Of a DNA stretch of 64,000 nucleotides, positions 1-11,604 are shown one piece after another. How positions within the stretch are numbered: the stretch's first letter is position 1; each line of letters starts with the position of its first letter. A program made the translations under genes and the position numbers. The notes beneath the pieces were generated by a model. That model had not been told where the DNA came from. It did no database searches and saw only the letters and a list, made by a program, of their open reading frames with translations. This DNA is from Octopus sinensis (Eukaryota), in the NCBI RefSeq assembly GCF_006345805.1, contig NC_043019.1, positions 14,073,360 to 14,137,359 of the forward strand. Reading direction: 5' to 3'.

Positions 1-880
1 GTCTCTTCCTGTTTCTTGAGCAACGCTGCGATGGACTGGCGTCCCGTCTATCTGGGGGGAACACATACGCCACAGAAACCGGGAAACTGGGCCCACGAGG
101 GCTTGAAAAGGGCGCATAAATAAAATTTAAAAAAAACTGTATTATTAGTTTTTAGAAATACTGAATTTTCTAAATGTCTCAGAGAGACATAAGCGGTGGT
201 GGAGCGATATAGTGGTCGTATACTGTCAACTCAATGTGACAGTCCCATAAAGGAATTACACCACTGCTATTTAGCCCTAGGAAACATCGACGTCTCCTGT
301 CGGCTTTGACGCATTTTCTGTGTCCTTATATTTGCAAAGGGGAGGCAATCACCCCTTTCCACTGTAAATAGCCAGCACCAAATATCCAGCAATAAAGATT
401 AAGGTTAAATGCTCGTGAGATGGCTTAAGTCATTATTCATACAGCCAACAAGACGTTCTGCACGTACACTACAACAATGATAATAAAGCCATCCACTTTG
501 TAGACGTAGGTGTGGCTGTATGGTAAGAACTTTGCTTCCCAACCACGTATTTCCTGATTCAGTCCTACTACGTGACATCTTGAAGACGTGTTTTCTGCTA
601 TAGTCAGGCCGACCGAATCCTTGACCAGTGAATCAATTGCCTGGGTTCAAACGATGTAATGACTGGAATATTAGAATAGAAACGCCCTCAAAAAAGGAAG
701 AAACAAACGCCTTCGGAAAAAAAAAATGTGTGCGTAGGCATAGCTACGTGGCAAAGAAGCTTGCTTTTCAACCACATGGTTAAGGGTTCAGTTCCAATAT
801 GCAGCACTTTAAGCAACTGTCTTCTATTATTCCTTGCTCCGGGCCACCCAGTATTACGTTAGTCACTTTGGTGGGCGGGA

Positions 881-918
<38 letters not shown>

Positions 919-1176
919 AAGGACAACTACTTAATAAGGAAAACTTAACAAGAAATTGTCAGGTAGATAGCGTAAAAACCTCATAAGAGAAAAAATTTCG
1001 AAAATAATTATTTCTTATTGAACATATTAATTTATATATAGAGGCATTATACATACATGCCAGGAGGCATTCTACATACACGCCATACGCTAAGAGGGAC
1101 AATCAGTCATTTCTACAAAAAATATACTAATCCCACCGAATGCAATTTTCAAAGAAAGACATTTAAAAATATATAG

Positions 1177-1220
1177 ACCTGTATCACAGTGATTTCATAC
1201 TTACGTAATCATCAGCAGGC
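1177..1220 (-). ncRNA. Type I hammerhead ribozyme motif (intact core)
   Basis: The minus strand reads GCCUG CUGAUGA U UAC GUAA GUA U GAAA UCAC U GUGA U A CAGGU. Core CUGANGA/GAAA; stem I 5 bp; stem II 3 bp with a GNRA loop; palindromic stem III; AUA cleavage triplet. Confidence 0.72.
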
Positions 1221-1383
1221 TGAATATACTATAAATAAACAACGACCCTGCTTCGCTTAAGCCGATCAGCTAACTGATCAACATCAACGACGCACATGGG
1301 TGGGTTTATATATACTATATCCGGATGAATGGAACTGGCTTTTACGAATGCATTTCGGTCGTTGTTTATTTATAGTATATTCA

Positions 1384-1427
1384 GGCTGCTGATGATTACG
1401 TAAGTATGAAATCACTGTGATACAGGT
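1384..1427 (+). ncRNA. Type I hammerhead ribozyme motif (second copy, one stem I mismatch)
   Basis: GGCUG CUGAUGA UUACGUAAGUAU GAAA UCACUGUGAU A CAGGU. Predicted cleavage 3' of 1422. Confidence 0.65.
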
Positions 1428-1565
1428 CTATATATTTTAAATGTCTTTCTTTGAAAAATTGCATTCGGTGGGATTAGTAAATTTTTTGGTAGAAATGACT
1501 GATTGTCCCTCTTAGCGTATGGCGTGTATGTAGAATGCCTCCTGGCATGTATGTATAATGCCCTC

Positions 1566-1613
<48 letters not shown>

Positions 1614-1780
1614 ATGCGCCAGGCGTGGCTGTGTGGTGAGAAGCTTGCTTCCCGACCATATGGCTCCGAGTTCAGTCCAATTGCGTAGTACCTTGGGCAA
1701 GTGTCTCTACTAAAGCCTCGGGCCGATCAAAGCCTTTTGAGTGGATTTGGTAGACTGAAACTGCTGAAAGAAGAGCCCGT

Positions 1781-1820
<40 letters not shown>

Positions 1821-2065
1821 GTTATTCCAAACATGAAAACACAACAACGCGAGGATGTGGAACAAGTATAGCGTTATTGGACGCTCAGGAAAGGAAAGAA
1901 AGAAGGAGGACTTAACGTTTCGAGCGGAGCTCTTCGTCAAAAACATAGAAGAAGGAAAGGTCCAAGGAAGGGAAGACGGAGAAAGAAAATCGCCAACGAT
2001 ACATACGCGGTCACATATTGGTTTATTGTATCGTCTTCTAAGAGTTATACGTTCTTGTCCATGTT
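1821..2065 (-). mobile_element. Penelope-derived short element with degenerate hammerhead (1911..1944)
   Basis: The minus strand reads GUUU UUGACGA A GAGC UCC GCUC GAAA CGUU AAG (C3 changed to U). Homologous to 12898..13085. Confidence 0.65.
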
Positions 2066-2085
2066 GTATTTTTCTACATACCTTA

Positions 2086-2128
<43 letters not shown>

Positions 2129-2400
2129 ATGAGTATATAGGGATAAATTATCCAGGTGGGTGGTTTAATAGCTCACAGGTATATTCCAGCTTCCAGTTAA
2201 CCACATCAAGTAGTAAGATGAATCAAGGATCGCTTAGGCTGAGGAATCCGGTTGTAATTTTTCTGATGGGAAAATCCGGATTCTCTTCACTGGATTATGA
2301 ATATATTCTCTCGTGTGTAAATCTAAAACAATTATGCTGCGTAATAAATCCAAAATAATTGGGCTGTGTGATTAATTGCTAAAATTTCAAGAAAAATTTG

Positions 2401-2447
<47 letters not shown>

Positions 2448-3244
2448 GTTCCCCCACCATCGCTTGACAACCAGCGTTTGGATTGCTTAAGTCCCCATAG
2501 CCTAACGGTTCAGCAAAAGGGACCGATAGAATATAAAAAAAAAAACATAATAAATAGGCATTGTTCGACTGAACCTTTCAAGGCAAGGTGCGTGCTCCAG
2601 CAAGGCCGCAGTTCAATGACTGGCACTAGTAAAAGACAGAAGATAAAAGATGTAGGAGTAATTTTGCCAAAGAAGAAATAATAACCGAAATTATTGATCG
2701 TCCCCTAAACGAAATGGAAGAAAAGAAGAAAGATTTATTCATCTCGATGACTTGAATTCAAGATTTAAATTGCCTTTAGATTCCAGATTCCACAGAATTA
2801 CTGCATGACTCAAATGAAAGCGACGGCATTCAGAAACGCAAATAATTTTAAAGAGAACCGCTTTCAACTTTCGACAGCTTTTATAGTATTGATGTAGACG
2901 GGTTTGAGTTTTATGAAGAGAGATTTTGAATTATAAGAAGATGCTTCTGAAAAGTCGCCAAAACATTCAAATTTCTGAGAGTGAGGAACATCTCAAGTTT
3001 ATTCTTCAGTATGGAGATGGAAATAGAATTTTTTTATTATTATTATTATTCTTTCCGAATTTGTAAGGAAATATTCCGATAATGCACACTATTATTGAAA
3101 TTTCGATTGCAAGGCGTTGCTGAACTTTCGGCAATTTGAAGATCTTATTATTTGAGCGCTTCAATGAACCAAGAATTAATATCGGCTTAAACCAACCTCA
3201 CATACCACTGCGAGGTCCATCTCGTATTGCGGTGTGGTGGCTCG

Positions 3245-3834
3245 CAGGGCCGGATTAAGACCCATAGAGGCTCTTAGCACTTAAAAAATTTTGGTGACCG
3301 CTCCCCATATATATGTAATTCAAAATATAAACGATAAAAAAAAATCATAAAATAAACTTTTATTTCTCAAAATGAAATAAAACTAACAGTATGATGGTAA
3401 GTAATATTTATGGCGATCCTTCGGTATAGGTACCGTAGGTACCGGAAGTGGCTAGCTTACATTTCTGAAGATAACAGAAACCCTTTTCTCCCACCCCTAA
3501 CCCTAACACTAAACCCCCATATATATATTTAAAATAAAAACTTTCTTGAAATGTATCCGGTACTTCCGGTACCTATACCGAAGTTACGCCATGTTTATTT
3601 TTGTATACTTCCATTTTTATTTATATTTGAAAAGCTTTCTACTTTTTTTAACTGCAAAGTCTTTGATCAGATCCTCAAAATTAATCTTATGTAACTCATC
3701 TTCTTCTTCTATACTTAGTAGCGAAAAGGCATCCCGAATATTATTTAACAAGTTTAAAGTGATTTCTTTTGTGTTGTAAACCATTTCTGTGGTGCTCCCG
3801 CCTTTCCTTGATGTTCTAAATACGTGCTTATTCT
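3245..3834 (+). mobile_element. hAT-type non-autonomous element, one end lost, with a nested MITE
   Basis: Starts with CAGGGCCGGATTAAG and aligns collinearly with the reverse complement of 24846..25815 up to about 3834, where a Helitron-like 5' end begins. Confidence 0.7.
3412..3590. mobile_element. MITE with about 29 bp TIRs and internal CCCTAA units (second copy 4814..4974)
   Basis: Ends GGCGATCCTTCGGTATAGGTACCG / CGGTACCTATACCGAAGTTACGCC. The same internal sequence is present at 4814..4974. Confidence 0.75.
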
Positions 3835-4345
3835 ACTATAATGGGCGTTATGTCCGTCTGTGTGTTCACTCTTCGCGGTCAAACGGCCGCATCAATGGTC
3901 ACGATGTTTTCCGGGATTACGAAGGAAGTATTCAGGAAGGTTTTCAGCGAAAAAGAATGTGAAAAAGTATGGTTATTTAGTGGATATTGAGTTTTGTATT
4001 AATAAATAACCGGCGACGAACATTGACTCTGGATCCTCACCACCACCACTCCCGTAGTCCGTGAATTTAGGGGGTTTAGATTTGCGATACTATCCCTTTA
4101 TTTCCCATCGTAGATTAGCAGATTCGCTGTCTGACTATAACGGGCGTTATGTCCATCTCTTTGTCTTTTCTCTCTTTACGGCTAGGCGGGCTGGACCAAT
4201 GGTTACGATATTTTTCGGGATTACAAAGATGGCCGCCAGGAAGGTTTTTAGCATATAAAAAAAATCAGAAAGTATAATTATTTCGTGGATATCGATTTTT
4301 TAATTGATAAACCACCTTCGCATTTTTATTATAAAATTCACCGAC
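3833..4345 (+). mobile_element. Two tandem divergent Helitron-like 5' ends (3833.. and about 4130..)
   Basis: Both begin (TC)TACTATAA(T/C)GGGCGTTATGTCC(G/A)TCT and stay homologous for about 200 bp. No 3' CTAG end was assigned. Confidence 0.45.
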
Positions 4346-5116
4346 CACAAGTAACTCTGGATTTTCATCGTATGGTTCGTGACCCCATCATAGATATGAA
4401 GGGGATCGCGAGGTTAATAGCGAAAATAAAATAGAAAAAGTGTGTGTCAGTATATAGTGTAGTGTGTGATTATTTAGTGGTTATCGAAGTGTGTCAGTTT
4501 CGAGCAGGATTCGAAACGGCTAATCGAAGCGGCTGTTGTTTACATCTCAGTTTTGTCAATCAAAATAATCCATGGTACTAGAACATCCAGACATTAATTC
4601 ACATAGAACAGTGAGGGGTAAGTCTTAGTTTGCTATTTTTTGCAGCCCTAAAGATTCTGCTCCGCATTCACGGCAAACAAGGCACAAGGCCAAAATTTAG
4701 ATCGTGTATACACAGCCAAATTATTATACGTCGCTATGAGTTGAGCAACGGACTCCCGGATTTTGGAAATTAGGGTCGACCAAGCAGAAAATATCGTCTA
4801 CAAAGAAGTTTTGGGCGATGCTTCGGTATATGTACACACGTGACTTTGTTTACATTTCTGAAGATAACAGAAACCCTTTTTTCCCACCCCTAACCCTAGC
4901 CCCCCACATATATAAAAAAACCTTTTTTGAAATGTATCCGGTACTTACACCGGTACATATTCCGAAGGTTCGCCAAGTTTTGTAATCATATTAATATTAT
5001 CGAAAGGAATATGAGTCATAATTTGAATAAGGAAATTTGTGAAGGAATAAAGGCGGAGCTCCAGCATGGCCGCAGTCAAATGACTGAAACAAGTAAAAGA
5101 GTAAAAGAGTTGTGCG

Positions 5117-5163
<47 letters not shown>

Positions 5164-5782
5164 ATATATATATATATATTACATATTTAATGCCTAACAC
5201 ACAAAAGAAAAATATGTGAGGCCAATGTTTGCAACATAAAATCGACTTTATTTTTCAAAATTGAAGAAATTAATCGTTATAATTTGATAATGAAAATCTT
5301 AAACACACGCTTAAAAATGGTGTACGTTATTTGATTAAATGGTCAATATAGCATTTGAGTGATAGTTACTCGCATGGATGCGCGCATATTTAGCAAAGAA
5401 GGACAAAAGCCGCACTCAAGCGAAAAGAAGCAATATTGTTATTGGTGTTTTGTAAAATGAAATCCGAAATAATTTATAAAAATAGTAAAAAAAAGATAGA
5501 TGGAAATAAAGCGTTATTTTTAAAGTTTTATACAATTAGAATGATTGAATTCCAATAAATTTTTATACTTTTTGTATTGTTTTACTCTTTTACTTGTTTC
5601 AGTCATTTGACTGTGGCCATGCAGGAGCACCGCCTTTAGTCGAGCAAATCGACCCCAAGACTTACTCTTCGGAAGCCTAGTACTCATATCGGTCTCTTTA
5701 GCCGAACCGCTAAGTTACGGGGACATAAACACACCAGCATCGGTTGTCAAGCGATGTTGGGGAGACAAACACAGACACGCAA

Positions 5783-5835
<53 letters not shown>

Positions 5836-6326
5836 TATATACGACGGGCTTCTTTCAGTTTCCGTCTACCAAATCCACTCACAAGGCTTTGTTTGGTCGG
5901 CCCGAGGCTATAGGCGAAGACACTTGTCCAAGGTGCCACGCAGTGGAACTGAACCCGGAACCATGTGGTTGGTAAGCAAGCTACTCACCACACAACCACT
6001 CCTACGCCTGTATATATATATGAGCATTTATATAACAGTTTCAAATTTTTGCACAAGGCTAGCAAATTCTGGGGACGGGGCAAGTAGATTACATTGACCC
6101 TAGTGTTTAACTGGTTTGAATTTTATCGACTCTGAAAGGATGAAAGGCAAAGTCGGCATTGGCGGAATTCGAACTCAGAACGTAAAGACGGATGAAATGC
6201 GGCTAAGCATTTGTCCGGTGTGCTAACGATTTTACCTTCAGCTCTATCTTTAAGAGATGAGGAATTATGTACTTTATTTACATTATTTACATTCGACGGA
6301 TGTTTGTCCTCATCATGTTTGTTGTT

Positions 6327-6372
6327 AACACAACGTTTCGGCTGATATACCTTCCAGCCTTCTTCAGGTGTC
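6327..6372 (-). ncRNA. Minimal hammerhead ribozyme motif in a Penelope-like end (element about 6265..6415)
   Basis: The minus strand reads GACAC CUGAAGA A GGCUG GAAGGUAUAU CAGCC GAAA CGU U GUGUU. Intact core, 5 bp stems I and II, ACGU palindromic stem III. Confidence 0.75.
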
Positions 6373-7329
6373 TTGGGGAAATTTCGAACCTGGGTTCTCA
6401 TTCTTAAGGTATTTGGTAACACACCACACCCTATGAATATTCTAAACCAAATACCTTACGAACATTAGAAACTAAATTTAATTTGAACAACTTCCGCCAC
6501 TATCCATAACACTGCTTAACACAGTTTTTTTGTCCTTGGGTAGAGACTGTTGTTCCCTATTTGCTTACCCCTGGAAAGTATGAAAAATGGTTCATATTCC
6601 CTTCAAACTTTACTTTTGTTACATTTATTCAAACCCCAAAGAATCTCACGCAACAAATGATTATGACGCTCCTCCAATACTCCTGCTCATGATCAGAGAT
6701 GCACATATTGTCAGCCATTAAGGGACATGCTAAAGTGGTTTAATGTCAAACAAATCTGTGATATTGAGCAGAATATTTGTTAAAATGATATTTTTGCTTC
6801 AGTAATTCAGCGCTAAATCTGTCTGAAATGTAATGGAAAATACGCCAGTTTCAAAACATTGATGTCTACGTCACAAAAATAAAAATCTGGAGGGAATAGT
6901 AGACATTTCCTTCGATTTATAGACAGAAGCAAATAGGAAGTACCACTTATTGACCAAATACAAATAAATAAGTGGAATAAAATGAAAATTTGGTTACACA
7001 CACTAATTGATTTCTTCCGTTTAGATCATCATGGCGTATATAACAAAGGCCCTTTGAAATATTTATTGGAAGCTTGATTAAATAATTTAATGTTGGCTAA
7101 AATGTGACAAAATATAACGAAACACTCCTTCATAATACAATGTCCGCTCGTATTTTCTCTTTTATTTTTTAATGTCTCCTTCTAGTCTGTGCGAAATTGT
7201 CGATTTTTACTCTCAAGTACCACTTGTTTCTGATTCCAAACTCTTTTTATTTGTCGGATGGATGCTTAACTTAGTTTCTAGTTGGATATGTAACGAAAAT
7301 ATAAAGACACACTCCCTCATAATGCGTTC

Positions 7330-7755
7330 TAATGACTAACAGCCACTCGTTTTTTGAGGGGTTTTTTCTTTCCTCCATATTGCCTGTACGACATTGTGGA
7401 ATTTTGCACTCAAATACCGTTCGTTCTTGATTCCAGACACTTCCTATTGTTTCATGTACATAGATATTTTATACGAAAAATAAACAGAAGAAGCAATGAC
7501 TCAATGGTCAATTCACCGTACGCAACCGGAAAATTTTACATCCTTGTCTCAACAATATAAGAAGTCGAAATATTTGCCGACATGATATTAAAAGAAAAAC
7601 TGATGCCGTGACGAAGGTTGATGCCGGAAAACAAATATCAATATTTGTGTTTGATAAATGGAAACATCGCCTGAGTATCATTTAAATTATATTGCAGAAT
7701 ATTTCACTGAACAGCGTTCAACAATTTTGCTTAGCCAAAACAGAAGCGAAGCACA
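7330..7755 (+). promoter_or_regulatory. Probable ACOD1 promoter/5' UTR region
   Basis: Unique, repeat-free sequence directly upstream of the proposed ATG. It has two CCGGAAAA motifs (7526, 7624) and TTCACTGAA at 7703..7711. The TSS is not identifiable from sequence. Confidence 0.3.
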
Positions 7756-7779
7756 ATGAATTTCTTCTCATTAGCTAAG
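7756..7779 (+). CDS. ACOD1: ACOD1 putative exon 1 (MNFFSLAK)
   Basis: gcacaATG with A at -3, followed by a strong donor AAG|GTAAGC at 7780. Phase 0 matches exon 2. Located in unique, non-repeat sequence. No homology support. Confidence 0.65.
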
Positions 7780-10663
7780 GTAAGCGAGCATTTTTCGCTC
7801 AGACATTTCTTACAATGGAGCATAGTTTTCGCTTGTTTCTCTCCTACTTGCCGCCTTTTCTTTGTTTTATTTTATTTTTCCTCTAAATTAACCCAAATTT
7901 GTATTGGCGTCTTGCATAGGATATGGAGGCGCATGGTTTATTGATTAGGTTGTTGAACTCATAATCGTAATATGACTGGCATATTTTCGTTTCGAATTAT
8001 ACAACTGCCTCCCTGTGTGTTTGCCTATCTGTTCGTCTCTCTCTCTCTCTCTCTCACGCACACGCGTGCACACACAAATACACACATACAATGATCTTCC
8101 ATCTACGAAATTTATTCACAAAGCATTGGTCGGCGCTCAGTGCTATAATAGAAGACACTTGCCCAAATAGGACTGAACCTGAAATCACGTGATTATAAAG
8201 CGCGCTTCTTAACCACACAGCCATGTCTGCTTCACACACACACACACATGCACATACACAAGAGTGGCTGTATGGTAAGTAGCTTGCTTACCAACCACAT
8301 AGTTCTGGGTTCAGTCCCACTGCGTGGCACCTTGGGCAAGTGTCTTCTACTATAGCCTCGGGCCGACCAAAACCTTGTGAGTGGATTTGGTAGACGGAAA
8401 CTGAAAGAAGCCCGTCGTATATATGTATATCTATATATATGTATGTGTGTGCGATCGGAGGATCGCGGTTTCGATTCCCATACCAGGCGTTGTGTGTATT
8501 TATTGAGCGAAAACACCTAAAGTTCCACGAGGCTCCGGCAGAAGGTGGTGGCAACCCCTGTTGTACTCTTTCGCCCCAACTTTCTCCCACTCTTTCTTCC
8601 TGTTTCTTGTCTCCGACTTCCTACGCAACCGCTGAGCCTGGATGCGCATTCATCCATCCGTCGATGCTCTTGGTGTCGGGGATTGACCTGCTTTCTCTTC
8701 TGCGGGTCTTACGAATAGCAAAGGACCAAGTTTCGGACTTCTCCCACTACAGGACGAAGACCACTTCGCTCATGAAACAATCACCAACAGCAGTGATGGC
8801 CGTGAATTTTTGCTTGAGACTATACTGGTTTGATGATCCCACTCTGCCAATGTGGCTCGGCATGGATTGGCAGATGGATGCAACTTGTTATAGTGATACC
8901 TAGGAGTAGTTAGATTGATTACATTGATCCCAGTGCGCAGCTGGTATTTATTTTATCAACCTCGAAAGGATAAAAGGCAAAGTTGACCTCGGCGGAATTT
9001 GAACAGAGAACGTAAGGACGAACGAACGACCGTTAAGCATTTCCACCAGCGTGCTAATGATTCTGTCAGCTTGCATACAAGAAAATTTCGTATCAAAGAA
9101 ATAATGTCGGAACCAAACGAAGAAACAAAGATCCATCTCAGCTTAGCACTAGTGAGATTTGAGGCTTCGTCTTAGAGTAACAAACTTTCGAAAGAAATTT
9201 GAAAAATGTGACAGCTAATACGTGAAGAAATTAACAAAAGAAGCAGAGGGAGTATATATAAAGCTTCTCATCGTGTTGAAAACTGACACTACCAGAGAGA
9301 AAATAAAGTCCAAGAAGATCTTGGGGTCAAAAATATGAGAATACAAAAACAAGAGTACGAATACAGGAATATGAAAACATCTATGGGAAAAAACAGATAA
9401 AACCTAAACATCGACTCACTGCGACAACCTCTAGGCTTCAAGAAAATTCAAACCATTAAAAGAAAAGAAGGATCTTCACAAAATAGACAAAGATACCTTA
9501 TTCCCCAAAGAAACACATTTCGATTATACATGGATGTGAAAAGAAGTGAGAGAAAACACAACTCCTACCAAAGACACGATAGATCCCGCCAGAGGCTTGA
9601 TCAAAGACCCAAGAGAACTAAATACAATAACGATAGAATTAGGGGTCAATCTCCAAGCCATTAAGAATTTACTTACCCAAAGATACCCAACCGAAAATGT
9701 CAACACAAACATTTCCAACCTCCAATGGAAACCATTTTTTAAGACAGGAGATCTATCAATAGAAAAGGAACTGAGGCGCGACACCGTTCCTCAAAAGAAA
9801 ACAGACAAATCCAAATTAATAAATTTATCCAACAAAAAATGATCTTAACAAGAAATTAGATTCTTGGAAAATGGATTAAAATTTCAACCCACTCCCAAAC
9901 CCAACCAAGCTGAACTTGTAAATGACAGAAGAATTTTGTCGAAAACTACAATTAAGAGAATTCTTCCTAAATACTGGATATACGGATGATTCGCTAGTTA
10001 AAAACAAAATGGGATTCAAAGAACTCTTTAGTAGAAACAAGCTTTTGGAAGAATACATAATCTGCCTACGATGATCGGCACAATCCGATATTACAGAGAG
10101 GAAATGTAAATTTAATGTATCCAAAGACCAATTACAAACATTAAACAATTTACAAAGAGACTCATCAATAATTATCAAAGAAGATGACCGGAGCGATCGT
10201 AATTATGGACAAAAAACATTTACAGAGACATGGTTTTGGAATAATTTAATGACCAACGCTTCTGCAAAAAGATAAATAAAAACGAAGATAAACAAAGTAT
10301 ACAAATTCGTCTGAAAACATCGAAATAGCCAATTAAAGAATTAGATAAATTATTTGACTAGCTTCGAAGTAAAAACCAGTAACGTCAATGGACTTTCTAA
10401 AACCCATAAATCGAGAGAAATTCAAGACAGGAGCTGGAAAGCCAGAAGACTGCACCAAGCTCTACTGTCCAGGTTTTGGCATAGTTTCTACAGCTGGATG
10501 CCTTTTCTAATGCCAACCCAAATTAAAAACATGTGACACCATAAAGACAAAGGTACATTTAAAACAAGCCTTTACTAACACATACACTCACCTACGAACA
10601 AACATTGAACTGTAGTTATTTATCAATACAAAATATATAAAAGAATGTCTTGATCCAATACAG

Positions 10664-10701
<38 letters not shown>

Positions 10702-11567
10702 ACTCTCTCTCTCTCTCTTATACACACACACACAAAGTATTTGTTTTTATATTTTTACATGTGGTGTTTATGAGACTTTTGCACAGATTTACCCAGTAAT
10801 CATCATCCTCATCATCCTCATCATCATTTAACGTCTGTTTTTCTTGCTGGCATGGGTCGGACGGTTCGACAAGGAGCTGGCTAGCCAGATGACTGCGTCA
10901 GGCTTCACTGTCTGTTTTGCCAAGGTTTATACAGCCCTTCCTAATGCCAAGCACTTTAGAAAAGTGACCAGGGTGCTTTTTATGCGGCACAAGCACCAAC
11001 ACCAGCATCTGGTTTTGAATTCTCCCTTGAAAATTCTTAGCTTTTATGCTGTTTCGGTAACCTTGCAGAAACAAGGCACCAAAATTACTGGACCTAAATA
11101 AAAGATGTCGATTGGCTAACAAGATGCTTAGGTTTTCCATAATTTCTCCAACTCAAACCAGGACAACCTTCAAATCAAAGACGTCGTATATTTAGATGTA
11201 TGTATATAAAGAACTTTTCATAACTTTATTTTCCTTCAAGAATGAGACGGTTGGGTGAAGCTGCTGTTGTTGTTGTTAAGCAACAAGACGGGTAAGGGTG
11301 ATTAGGTGATGGTCTAGGGCTTAAGGGCGGGAGACCCCAGACCTTGGTAAAAAAAAACTTTGGTCGTTTTGTTTTAGTTGAGGGCTCTTCGTGGACGCCC
11401 GACACCACTGGGAGGTGGCCCTCGAAGTTGCTGGAAATGGAGATCTCCAGGTCCAAATTCTTGGACGGCGGGTGAAGCTGTTTGGATGCTGACGGTTTGG
11501 CATGGCTGACTGGACATTGAACCTAGTTTGGTGATTGTACATTTTGGTATTGGAAGTAAACACCCAC

Positions 11568-11604
<37 letters not shown>

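Larger units (their letters stand above)
910..1574. mobile_element. Penelope-like terminal region in inverted configuration (arms 1032..1247 and 1357..1574)
   Basis: Arms of about 216 nt are reverse complements with about six differences by eye, around a 109 nt spacer. Each arm carries a hammerhead motif. (TA)n lies at both outer ends. Confidence 0.7.

Noticed and set aside
3490-3515. CCCTAA telomere-like units (also about 4888..4900)
   Set aside because: Only 1-2 units, located inside a MITE. Not a telomere or fusion scar.
8715-8755. Hammerhead-like GAAAC..GUC on the minus strand
   Set aside because: The core reads CUGUAGU rather than CUGANGA, and no stem I can be formed.
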